Shown here one piece after another: positions 26,866-38,805 of a stretch of 64,000 nucleotides of DNA. The notes beneath the pieces were generated by a model, which did no database searches, had not been told where the DNA came from, and was given only the letters and a program-made list of their open reading frames with translations. This stretch comes from Moniliella sp. 'wahieum' (Eukaryota), in NCBI GenBank assembly GCA_003971905.1, contig RSEE01000031.1:1-64000 (forward strand), given 5' to 3'. Every line of letters starts with the position of its first letter. Within the stretch, counting starts at the first letter, position 1. A program made the translations under genes and the position numbers.

Positions 26866-27106
26866 CCCTCCGTCTCGTGGCTTAAGCTTAACCCTGATCC
26901 CTTCCTCCCTCTTCTCCTTTTCATTTTCCTGTTCCTGTTCCTTCTCCTTCTCGCTTCGGTGGTCTTCCGTTCCTCTCCCTCCTGTGATTAGCGTGGCTGA
27001 TTTCGTATGACTTTTTATCATCGTCTGTGTTGGCTGCGATAGCCTACCTCTGTGTACCTTGATCGGCCTTCACTTCTCGCTTCTTCCGATGTCATAATTC
27101 CTCTTT

Positions 27107-27175
27107 TTCTCAGATCCTTTCCTCAGATCTTTTCCTCAGATCCTTTCCTCAGATCTTTTCCTCAGATCCTTTCCT
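27107..27175. repeat. Tandem 13-14 bp repeat CTCAGATC(C/T)TTTC, about 5 copies
   Basis: Seen directly, in the 3' flank of the Zn-cluster gene. Confidence 0.85.
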
Positions 27176-29109
27176 CTCGGTCGATCGTGCCGCTCCCTCC
27201 CTGCAGGCACAGATAACACCCTTCCTACTTACCTGTCTATCTATGATATGTGTTCCCTGCCTCCGCATTCCCCCCCGTTATAGTTCGTGTCATTCAACTC
27301 TTCCTTCCCGTGCGCATCCCAATTGGTGTTGGAGTGGGTTAGTTGTGAAATGGGCGAGAGGGTGGGGGGGGGTTATAGGTTATGCGCTTCTCTTCTGTTT
27401 ATATAGTTGCCGGGGTAGTATTATGGGAGGATCTCGCCTCCGTCTTAACAACCAGTACTATATATTGTGACGTTCTCTTGCATCGATCACGCAGCCAGAC
27501 CATCCCAATGCCATGGTTAGATGGCATGTGAGCATGTGAGCACGAATGGCGATGCTGGCAGGATATGTGTGGTAGTCAGAGGCCTCGTATTGCTGTCTTT
27601 TGTTCCTTGATTGGTCACAGATAAAGATGAGATGATCAATGGTCAATGTTGGCTGGCACATAAGGTGCTTCTTTTCGGTCCACCGCGGTCCAGCGACTTA
27701 GTCGGAGCTGGGTGCGCGCATGTTGGGCGACTGGCTGGCTGAGTATACTGGGCCAGTACACAGAGTCCTGAGTGTGTACTGGAGTACGGAGTGCGCGCGC
27801 GCGAGTCGGGACGCCTGCGGCCTGCAGACGAGCGCCGAACAGTGCCCATGGTGGTGGGGCATATATAGGGCACCCGCCCACGTGACCCACTGCCGTGACC
27901 TAACCGCGTGGCCCAACTCTCCTGTTCGCACACATGCTGCCGTTCTGCCGTGCTCCCGTGCTCCAGTGCTCCTGTGCTCCTGTGCTCCAGCCTGCTCTCC
28001 GGCCCTTCTCTCCAGTACGTCACACAGAGGGTGTGACGACGTTGGCGCCTCTCCTCCGGCCTGGCGGTGCATTGCACTGGGGCAGAGAGCCACCACAGAC
28101 GGGCGATCGTCGATCGGGGCGCGAGGAGCCGCGAGAATAGGAATCTATTCACTCGAAATGGATATGGACAGGGATACGATACGTCGGTGCAACGTGCCTG
28201 CGCACAAAGTACCAAAAGCACCGGAGTAGGCATTTCGACCTAGCCACGGAGACCCTCTGCCATCACTTGGTACTCATTTGACTAGCTTAGCTAGTTACTC
28301 CGGACTAGTCACTGCTGCAGGAGAGGAGGCAAGTGGCGACTGGTAGGAACTAGGAACGGCAACGCTCAGGCTCGCACCTCTCTCTGTGGGAACTCAGTCT
28401 GAGTTCTGATCTGGGTCTTGAGACTTTTGAGATCGGACGCCTTGGGGGAAGCCTTGGGAGGAGTCGGGATCAGCTTCGGGAGAAGCCTGGAGAAGCCTCG
28501 GGCGAAGCCTGGGAAAGCGTGGGGGTTGGGTGCAGTGGGTTGGGTTGGGGCGGAGGGGTTGGACGTTGGACGTTGGACGTTGGAGACGGGGTTGCAGAAG
28601 CGGGAGACTGGGTGGGACAGGGTGGGACAGTGGGGGTGTCTTACTTACGCCGCTCGCCGGCCCGTGTCCCTGACGTGCCCCGTGCGGCCCGATCCTACCG
28701 TCGCACGGGGGCGGTGCTGCTGCGCATCCGCCGCCCAGCGCCCAGCGCCGAGAGCACTGGCGCCGTGCCTGTGTTGCACGCCGGCGCTCAGCGCTCAGCC
28801 GGCTCAGCATCACGCGTCTCCAGACAGGCGCCGTGCCGGCCACGTGGCTAGCGCTCCGCAGGCCGGGCGGCCGCGCCGGTGCAATGCAGCGTCTGTGACC
28901 AGCACGGCACAAACGGCAACCCCCACGCCCCGACTGCCGACCAGCCGCAATCCCCCGGCCCATCCATCTAATCCCTCCGTGCGCGTCGGCCCCTTCTCTT
29001 GCTCCTCTTCCTCCATCGCCAGCGCCAGCGCCATCTCCACCACCGCCTCCTCCTCGTCCTCCTCCTCCACCCCCCTCCACCCGCTCCCCTCTGGTCTCCC
29101 GTGCACACC

Positions 29110-29918
29110 ATGGCCACTCCTGCCTCCACCCCCGCCGCTGCTCCCAGCGTGCGCAAGAACCTCGTGATTGTCATGGTGCGTGTCCTCCCTGCCCTCCCCC
29201 CCGCCCCCCCCCCCCCCCCCACCGCCCCGCCTTCCAACCCGCGCTGGGCCTGCAGCTTTGCTCCCCTCTCCCCGGGCTGCTGCTGACCTGCTCTTGCTGC
29301 TGCTCCTCCTTGTCCCCAGGGCACCTCGGGCTCAGGCAAGTCGACTGTGGGGGAACTGCTATCCCAGCAACTCCACACATCCTTTATCGATGGCGACAAC
29401 CTGCACCCGCAATCCAACGTGGCCAAAATGGCATCCGGCCATCCGCTCAACGACGATGATCGGGAACCTTGGCTGCTGACCATTCGCGACACCGCGATCA
29501 GGAACGATGCGCACACAGTGGTGATTGCCTGTTCGGCGCTCAAGCGCATTTACCGCGACCTGCTCCGCGGTGACATTTCCACCCTGGCCCAAGGGGGGAG
29601 CAAGAAAAGCTGCGTTCCGAGGGCAAGCCGATCCAGCTGACACCCGAACAGCAGCAGGCCGTGGCTCAGAACCACAAGGACCTCAATGTCGCGTTTGTCT
29701 ACCTCAACGTGGACGAGGAGGTGTTGCGGGTACGGATGACGTCGCGCAAGGGACACTTTATGGGGGAGAAGATGCTCAAGTCGCAGTTGGCTACGCTCGA
29801 GGTGCCCCGTGCCGACCAGGAAGGTGGCATCTTTACCATCAAGGCCGATGCCGAGGACGCGGCGCACGTCGCGACCCATGCCGCGCGCGACCTTCGCGCC
29901 GCGTTCCCGTCCATCTAG
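29110..29918 (+). CDS. Gluconokinase (GntK/IdnK type), intron 29176-29319
   Basis: 'LVIVM|GTSGSGKSTVG' P-loop; 'FIDGDNLHPQSNVAKMASGHPLNDDDREPWL'; 'IACSALKRIYRDLL'; 'RKGHFMGEKMLKSQLATLEVP'. Confidence 0.95.
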
Positions 29919-32106
29919 CCTCGTGCCGCTTCGCACCTCCCAAGAGGGGGAGGGGCTTTATGCTCTTGTTATTCAAGTGGGGTGAGCGCGTTCCGTTCCC
30001 TTTTTTTTCCCTCTTCCCAGTCCGGGATTCCGTTTGCGCCTTCCCACTTGCTTTTCTCTCCCCCCCATTTCTTTGGTAGCATCTCCCCTGTCGTCTTGTC
30101 TGCCCATGCGCCATTCCTGCTCAAAAAACCCGACGGGAAGCTCCCCTTTCCTAACTTCCTGCCGTTCCAATGTTTAATCGAGCTACCCATCCGGGACTCC
30201 CTCTCCACTTGTTCTCTTCTCTTGTCCTTGTCTGGTAGTTGATGGCAACGGTCGCCCGGCCGGGCAGGGAGCCTGCGTGGGTGGGGGCATGGTATGGGAT
30301 GGAGAACGCGACCCTCTGTGGGGCGGCCCGGGGCTCTTTCGGCTCTGAGCCCCGTCTGTCGAGGTCATCTCAGATATAATTAGCCAGGGAGCTAGTCAAC
30401 GGACAACGTACTGTGTGTAATGATCCATGCTGCGGATATCCTCTGTGGCCAGCCGATAGGTGGTCGAACGAGCTGAGCGGTTACGATGGCTTTGCACCCG
30501 CGTCCAAACAGTCTTTTGCCAGGATCGACTCTTTGGTGCGCCCGATGGCGCAGCAGCACTGGCGTCACCACCTTGGGAACTACGCACTGCGCGTGCGACT
30601 TACATTGGTGCAAGGCGTAGCCTGAGCGGGTTCGTCGGAAGTACGAGAGCACAACAGGTCGGGGAAAGTGGGAACCAACATCGAGAGGTCTCTGCCTGTT
30701 GTGTAGAGGATGTAATATGGGATGTTGTTGTTGTCCCTCTCCCCGCCCCCGTCCAGTTGGACCTGCAGTGATCAGGGGTCAGACTGGTGCGGGAGGACAA
30801 CACAGCAGTGCGATGTAGACTGAATCAACCTCTCTCTAGCTCAGTCATTACAATCACCGAACTTGTCCATATGGCAACTGGGCTGGGTCCCCGCACGAGA
30901 CAGAAAGTGAGGGAGGTCGGGGGACAACGGAGAAAACAGGTGGCCAAGCCTTACCCCTAGATGCCCTCGACCAACAAAAAAGTCGACTGTCCATCACAGG
31001 GAGGGGAGAGGTAAAGGTACGGACAAAACGCCAGAGTGGTGGCCATCATCCCCTCCCCCCCTCACCGAGTTGTAGCGAGTTTTCCCATTTCCCCCGCCCG
31101 TACGTTCGCCTCAAAGGAATGGTGATGTTCTCTTGTGCTTATTGTTATGCGGGGAGCCCCGAAGTGGGGCATGCCCTAAATGTAGGTTAGGGGTGCAAAA
31201 GACCCTTAGACGGCCAATCGAAGCCAGGCATGGTATGTCCGGCTTCAGATCCTGGCCGAACCGAGTGGGCGTAGTACTAGAGCACAAAAAGGGAAGACAG
31301 TCCCTCTAGTAGTCTGGATGGCTTCCTGCGAGCAAATGCCGCAGTCCAGTTCCTCCGAGGATAGCGCAGTGTACGTGTACGTAGGTCGTCCCACCCGCTG
31401 AAGGGGTCTAGGTATACTCCGGAACAAAACATGAGCAAATTGGTCGTTACCACGTCGTTACCACCCTCGACGCCGTAGCAGGCGGAATCAGATGGAGTTA
31501 TATTATTCTATAACTGCCTGAAGAGCAATACGCGCTACAGATGATGTGGGAACTTTCCAGGCAGGTAACGACTAATACGCAACCAGGGCTTTATGTCCTG
31601 TAGGTCGGCCCACTGTTGCCCCCCCAATCCACGATTTGCCACCCACATGATACCACATTCCCACTAAACCAATCAATCAAAGTACAGTAACCCTCTGTGC
31701 TCAGCAACCCACATTGGGTGGCTCTCCTCCACAACCCCCCTCCTTCCCTTCCTCCCTATCAGAAGGTCACCAAATTCTGTCCGTTGTGATATTTGGTCGT
31801 GTGGGACATAGCGATGATCCTTGCCCCCGGCCTTCGATCAGGGGGGCGACGACCTCTCACGACAGGCAACCACCAAGAGGCAAGCCTCACTCGTGTGTTG
31901 GCCACCAATGGTCTAGACCCCATCGGCCTTCAGTGACACGTGGCCGATGCACACAATGCACCGGGGCAGTGCGTCCCAGACCTTCCAAAGCTTCCGCTGG
32001 CTTCCGAGCCCGCAACCTATCACGGCCCATAGATCTAGCTGTCCGTCGGTAATAGCTCTTGAATACCATCTCCATCCCTCATCGCCAGCATCGCTACACA
32101 GCGGAT

Positions 32107-32265
32107 TTCAAAAAGAGGTAAAAGATATCAGCGATGTCAGGGAGCTGACAGCGGCGACGTGTTTGCATGGTTTTGAGGAAAATGATGTCAGCGACGTCGA
32201 AAAGAGGTCGTTGATGTCAGCGACGGCGCAAAAGAGGTCGTTGATATCAATGATGTGCAGCGCGG
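32107..32265. repeat. Left subterminal repeat array of the CMC-like element (~30 bp units)
   Basis: aaaagaggtcgttgatgtcagcgacg-type units repeated. Confidence 0.75.
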
Positions 32266-32732
32266 GGGGCCAACTGCCGGCTACATGTGAAACTTTGCAT
32301 CGTTTCAAAATCGCACCACCCGGCCACACCATTTCGTGTCTTCTCCTAGCAAATGCTACCATCAGAACCACCTAGTCAACACGCGTCCTTCCTATACGCG
32401 CTCACGGTAGCTGGCCAACGGCAGGGATTCGATTTCGCGTCGCACGGAAGGGTGTGCTCTACGGGGACATGCATCTTCAGATTAGCCAGGGGAACATCGG
32501 CAATTGGTGTGGCCAAGGTCTAGTCGTCAGGTAAATGGAAGCTCATTTCATGTGGACCAAAAGGCAGGCCATGCAGGACAACATTGTGCCCACTGATAGG
32601 GGTTGGCTCATCAGGCGTCCATCCTGCGGCTGGTTCTGCTTGAGTACATGGCAGGCAGGGACGACTGGTGCAGCCCCGCTGAAGATAGGCTTTTGTTGGT
32701 CCTTCACATTGCTTTGACCCCGCAAACGAAAG

Positions 32733-34284
32733 TCATGAAAAGTGTGTTGGGTTCTCCGAGCAAACCGACGAGATCATCGAGAGTCGTTCGTCCTGATAAA
32801 TCCATAGTCGGACAGGCGCGTTTGAGAGATGGGTCTGAAACCGAAATCCGTCAAGCGAGACTGTCTCCAAAGAGGTTAGGCTGTCGTATACGCGGACTTG
32901 ACACTTCTTCACCATCTCTTCTTCTTGTTCCATCAGGTCTGTGTGCTCGTTAGCCAACCGTATGACCCATTTCACGTTGGTTCCGACAACAGTAAGGTGT
33001 TGGATGAGACCGGAGTTTGGGCCCCACTGGTCCGTGTAGTATATACGTCCTTCATCGCAGTGTTCTGACTCGGCCGGATACTCATTGGACCAGATCAATT
33101 GTCGGTGGTCGCAGAATGACCCCGTCCCGTCGAACGGACCAGAGCGAACCACACCAGTTCGACCACGAATACGGGTCCATTGAGATGCTTGCCCATTACC
33201 TTCTCTTTCACATAAAAGTCCACCTTTTACTTAATGAACGCAGTGTTGCGTGCGCGATCTGGCCCAATAACGCGGAAGATTGTGACTGGCAATAAGCCTC
33301 CCGTCGGCTGGCCATCTGCCAAGGCGATGTGCAGAGCCACGTCGCGTCGCGTCAGAGGCCCAGGGAAATACTGACGCCCAGTAGCTCCGGCGATAAAGGT
33401 TAGAGATAAAGGTGAACGTGCCAACATCCGCGCATGTGTAGTTCTGCGGTCTGATGTACCCAAAGGCTGCATCAGGGCTACGTCAAGCAGATCGCGCCTG
33501 TGTTCCTCGAGACGAGATGGAACCCAGAACGATTCCAGCCACTGCTCAAAGTGCATTACCGCATCGTGGTGGAGAGCGAGTGTATTGATCACTGCTTCAA
33601 ACACCCAGTCGATATCGTCGCAGAACTCGCAGTAGGAGTAGTAATAGTCCTTGACGTCCTGGAGCATTTTCCGCATATGATCGTTTGCCATCAGAATTTG
33701 CCGCCAGGTGCGGCAGTCCAGCTGTTCTGCACCTGATATTGCCCCCATCATGTTGATCGTTCGTGCCTGTTGACCGGCGGGCATGCGCAGGTAAGGCTAG
33801 GTTGGTGTGTCATTGCTGCTTGCATCCGGTTTGGGCGAAGCAGTCATAGCTAGTTGACTTGGTTGCCGCGCTGGTGTGCCATGCACCTCCAGGCTTGGGC
33901 TCCTTACTCCCCCATCCCGTCTTCAGGCTCCGGCCCAAATGCAACACAATTGCTGTGTGGTTCCACCTGGGACTCGGGTAAGAAATCCACCTGGGACTCG
34001 GGTAAGAAATCCACTTGCGATTCGGATACGAAATCCACTTGCGATTCGGATACGAAATCCACTGGTTTTTGTTGGAGGCAGGGTAAGCGCCGCGCCGAGG
34101 GTGTCCCGCTGGGCAATCGCGAGTGAGTAGCGGATACTGCACCTTCGCGATTCGTCCGTTCATATTTGCTTTCATTTGCGCGTGAATACGAGCCTGTCGT
34201 TCCTTCATGATGATGTCGAATCGACGCAGCGGTAGTCGGTAGGTAACATCTGGTGCTTTGCCTTGACTCCGCTTGGCTGTACAC
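32733..34284 (-). pseudogene. Transposon passenger gene B, unknown product, disrupted
   Basis: Consecutive minus-strand ORFs 33904-34284, 33227-33784 and 32733-33152 with globular composition (YYSYCEFCDDIDWVF..., EGRIYYTDQWGP...). Confidence 0.45.
33962..34063. repeat. Coding 24 bp tandem repeat x4 (VDF[V/L][S/P]ESQ)
   Basis: ccacctgggactcgggtaagaaat x2 followed by ccacttgcgattcggatacgaaat x2. Confidence 0.9.
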
Positions 34285-34626
34285 ATGAGTGACTCCAATG
34301 GACGGGAGACGTGGCGGTGGTAGGTAGGTGGTGGTCGGCGCTTGATTGTGTACTGCACCAGAATGTCAGGGGCACAGAGCTGCGATCGTATGAACTGACT
34401 AACGATAATTGATAAAAAGGCAATCAGACTGCCCCTGCCCACCACATCACTAATACTCAGTCTCCTCTCAGATCTCAAGAGCTTATTTATAAGTGTCACT
34501 CTGTCTGTTAACCGGGCCTCTTCACGTCCTACTATACTTTGGCATCATGGATCACGCGGTTGCAGTTTCCTACTACTACTACCACTAGGACAGAGTTTGG
34601 CTGCCGGTGCGCGCGATCCGTCGCCT

Positions 34627-35686
34627 TCACTCAGTGAGATCCAGAGAGTCCTCCTCCAGATGTTCTTCACGGGACGGGACGGGCGTACGGGTACCGCGAA
34701 TCATGCCTGAAGCACGCTTGAATAAGGCTGCTTCTTTACCGGAATTGGCCGCAATGTCATCCACCGATGGGGCCTTGCCGAGGATGGTTGAGTAGGTTGA
34801 TGCATAGTCTGAGTGGTAGGGAATGCCTAGGTTGGCGGGAGCATTGTAGTGGTACAAAGCGTTTTTAAGCACGTACTTGTCCCCGGTCACACCTGTTATG
34901 TTGTGCACTAACGTGGGCTGGCTTATATATCTGTTTTCGCCCTTCCGTAAGAACCGCGCTGTACGTAGGGACAGGATACACCTCGGGTATCGACCTGGTG
35001 AATTTCATCGGTGACAGGACCAGCTTGGTGAGTTCTCGCCACATGTACTTGGGTAGCCACACCTGGATAATGTTGATGACGGCAATGAACGGGTTCGTAA
35101 AGGGGGCGAACATATTGCTCGTAATCGGGCCGTGCGGGCGTATTGTTTCCTACAGATCCTCAATACAGAGGCGGACGCTGCGAAGGAGCGTGTCTTCTTG
35201 CGAGGCACCAGGCTTGGGGGCGCGCCGAGTGGATCGCCGCTGTGGCTTGGATCCGGCCTGAGGATCAGCTGCCGCTTCGGGTTCGGTCGGCGGGCCAGCC
35301 GACTGAGCAATTCCTGTTTCAACGTTGTCCTCCATCCAAACATCTTCCACATCACCATTCTGCGTGGGAGAAGCAGGGGACGATCCAGAGAGGGGCCGAT
35401 GGGGCAATTGAGGGGAGGCCACGTCTGACATCCTGTCGGATGGGTCAGCCGAGATTGTGGTTAGCTCTTGCTGGTTGGAACCAGCTGAGATCGTGCTCGC
35501 TCGCCGGCGTGCATGGAGTCGGAACAATGCCTTCTGCAGTGTCCGGTGGTGCAGGTGGCTTATTGGACGCGGGCCGGTGTGCCCGGTGCGATCATGGTGA
35601 CGTAGAACGTCCCTGTGTCGAAAAGCCGAGTACGGGCATCGACCACATCCGGTGCACATCCAATAATCCCTGACAATGCTGGACAT
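34627..35686 (-). pseudogene. Truncated CMC/Plavaka-like transposase relic (N-terminal Zn finger plus apparent C-terminus; no catalytic core seen)
   Basis: 'CGRCPYSAFRHRDVLRHHDRTGH' C2H2-like motif, an acidic linker, then 'FAPFTNP...LTKLVLSP', which recalls the PFxN...LVxSP N-terminal motif of basidiomycete Plavaka/CACTA transposases. In-frame stop at ~35150 and frameshift at ~34910. Confidence 0.5.
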
Positions 35687-36586
35687 GCTTCCAGCCAAAT
35701 ATAGCTGGAGCAGGAGTTGGAGGAGTGAGGGCACCAGTACGTCGGTGCCGATACATTCAATGCCAGGTTACCCACTGCGAGCGTTATTAGAATGTGTCAA
35801 TCGACTTTCACTGTTGGCCTGATTAATGATTGCTTCGATCTGGCCAAACACTCAACTGAGTACGCAACCTTATTCGCCGATCATCGATCATCCAGCGACA
35901 GTTGCCTACACCTGTCAACACATGTTACACATATGTCACGGGCGTAAATTGAAGTCCGGCGGAGCCTACGCGCGCCTTTCATCTTACTAGTAACCCCATC
36001 CCCAGGTTGGTCATGGGGTCAGATTCAATCTGGAAAAACGATAGTCTCGCGGTACCCTTTTGCATTATACCTTGCTACGTAGGTGCCCATGCGGCAACCG
36101 CCCTCCTTGTTTTCCCCAGTCCCCCGTTTTCTTTCTCTATATATGCTGCACAGCCTTGCCACACTTGCAGCCCCGCCTCTGTTATAAGCCCAGAGGCCTC
36201 TCCTTGTCCTAGCCCCGATCAGACCCTGGCACCAATCAGCCCAAGCGTGTAACTGTCGTGAGTCACCTTATAGGATGATCTCCCTGATGGATTGTACCAC
36301 TTAACCACCCCCGGCCCCCCTGGCAGCGCCCACCCTTACACTGCCTGGTGCAGAGAATGGTGGGCGCAGCTTTTCCCTGCAGCCACAGCGCCCCAGTGGT
36401 TTTTCAGTTAGGACCCTGGCTATCCAAATCCGGCCACGGGCAAAAAGGACTTTCCTAGTGCATTGTATGGAGCCCCCCGCATGTGAGTGGCGCAATCTCC
36501 TCTACCCCCATACTGTAGCCCACACTTGACAAAAAGAGCCATCCAGTCCCCCTGGTTCTGCCTCTTTCCTCACACACCCCACCAGC

Positions 36587-38402
36587 ATGGCTCGCCGCGG
36601 TTCAAACAGAGAGTAAATGCAACAGCCCACCCATGCAATGCTCGCGTGAACACCTCTCGCGGACGCAGCAACATCGCCGGTGCCGCCCACACCCGTACCG
36701 CGAACCATAAGCGAGGCCGCCAGGCAGCCGAAATGGACGAACCGGACATGGACGAGCCTGCCCCCAACCGGACTCGCCGCCCCGCCTTCATCCTGACGGT
36801 CCCTGAGCCAGCAACAGACGACGGTGAAGGCGCGCAGGCAAATGGTCCGGAAGCTGTCGATCAAAATGACGCAAGCGATCCAGAAGATCACCCCCTTGCC
36901 CCTGAGGGCGTGCGGGATGCCATGGACCAACATAATGGGGAACCCTGGCTGCAAGCGCTTCAAAGTCTGCGTGCTGAACTTAGGAACGACGTCAACGCCA
37001 CCAGGAGTGAAGTCCGCGCCACCAGGAGTGAATTCCACGCCGCCCTCCAACAACAAAAGAGCGATACATCAACTATAGGTTGGATATGATTTCCGATCTG
37101 GCCTTGCGTCGCGAGCACGACGAGATGGACCGCTTGTTTGGAGACTTGAGACGTACTGTGATGCGTCACACACGGACATCAATGACCTTAATGACCGAGT
37201 CCGCAACCCGGACAATGCGGCCGACGTGGAACACAACAACACGGTTGAGCGGGTCCGTATCACCACAGGTATCATATACCACAGCATCACCGCCCCCTCA
37301 TGCACACAAAAAGCACTCTCACTGACCTAACTTACATATGTTCTTTTGCGTCTGACAGCGATACTTGATCAACGACCTCGTCTGGGTTTGCCTCCTGTTC
37401 AAGGCACCCTGGAAGGTCCAGCGAATGGTCGACTTCGTTCGTAAGTTCGCCAGAGAGCACGTTACTGATGGTGGTCTAGAGGCCACCGCTCTCGAGATCA
37501 ACCCGACTAGACCAGCGTTGAACAGGGACACAGACCGCTACATCCAGAGGCGGGTAACGCTCAACAAATGCTATTTGAAAGAGGTGCGTTAACCCAAACG
37601 CCGAAGCCATCTATTACTAACAAATAACACATCGTCCAGTTGCCGGAGAGCATGCACCGTACCGATCAAGGAAACGGAACGCGCACAATTGAAGACTTTC
37701 AGGCTGAGTTCGTGCGTCATAGGTTTCCCGTCTACTTTCGCAGCCTCTCCCCGGGAGAGCTCACTGTCGCCAAGGAGCGCGTCCGAATCCTGGTACGTAC
37801 TGGCCCCGCCTTTTCACGCGTTGCTCTCCTCGCAATATGGCCACAATAACTTATCTCTCACCCGTTCTCATCAAAAGCGCTTCTGTTGCTATGCACCGAA
37901 CGACATTGACTTCCGGAGGGAAATGGATCGTGTCTCACAACATCTTCGCAACTTCCCTGACCCATCTGCCCTGTGCACAGTCGGCTTGCTCAACCAGAGT
38001 CTGAACAGCGGCAGGCGCTGCGATGACATATTCAGTGCCATCACTGTCTCTTCGTCCGATCATAAGTACGTCGCCACCCCGTTGTCGTCCAGCAGGTCAT
38101 CTGACTTTTTTCACACATCTCGCCCCGCAAGCTATCTACTGGGCTGGACAAGTGCTTGGGAGAATTTCGAGGGCATTATTGCGGACACGCATCTTCCGCA
38201 AGGTAACCCTGAAATTTGTACTGCCTGGCATGCGACCCGTGCAGAAATCACCCACCTCCGTCACATCGCAGTAACCCGGGCACAAATAACAGACGAAGAG
38301 GATGCAGGGGACATCGAAGGCACTGCAGTCAACCTCTTTGACGCAGAGGGCACAGATGGCGAGGACGACGACCGCACAGACGACTCTGAGACTGAAGAGT
38401 AA
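36587..38402 (+). CDS. Transposon passenger gene C: multi-intron protein with disordered N-terminus, coiled coil and acidic tail; unknown function
   Basis: GT..AG introns at ~36613-36668, 37269-37358 (CTAAC), 37584-37639 (CTAAC) and 37793-37877 link ORFs 36487, 37365, 37640 and 37689; ends ...DDRTDDSETEE*. Confidence 0.6.
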
Positions 38403-38610
38403 TTTGGCGGCTATACATTCCAAAGACCTCTCAATGGCAAAAGCCCCCAAGTCATATTGACCCATCACAATGCAAAAAAGTACCCTCGAAGACGATTGCA
38501 CTGCATTCGATGGTGCTAGAATGAGTAGTAGTATAAAATGTAATACCAATAGTAACCCAGGGAGAGCGAGCATAGGAGGATCAGATTCGTCAGATACGTC
38601 GCCCAAAGGC

Positions 38611-38805
38611 ACGTCAACGACGTTTCTGACGTTCAAGGGGGTGACGTCGGCGACGTTTCTGATGTTCAAGGGGGTGACGTCGGCGACATATCTGACGTTC
38701 AAGGGGATGACATCGAGGACATAACTGACCTGCAGGGGGATGACATCGAGGACATATCTGACGTTCAGGGTGGTGACATCGGCGACGTCACTGACGTGCA
38801 GCGCG
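38611..38805. repeat. Right subterminal 33 bp tandem array (5 full units plus partials)
   Basis: Units start at 38625, 38658, 38691, 38724, 38757 and 38790; consensus tctgacgttcaagggggtgacrtcggcgacrt. Confidence 0.95.

Noticed and set aside
38611..38805. 33 bp periodic array as a CRISPR array
   Set aside because: Contiguous tandem units with no unique spacers, eukaryotic context, no cas genes, and it lies inside transposon TIRs.
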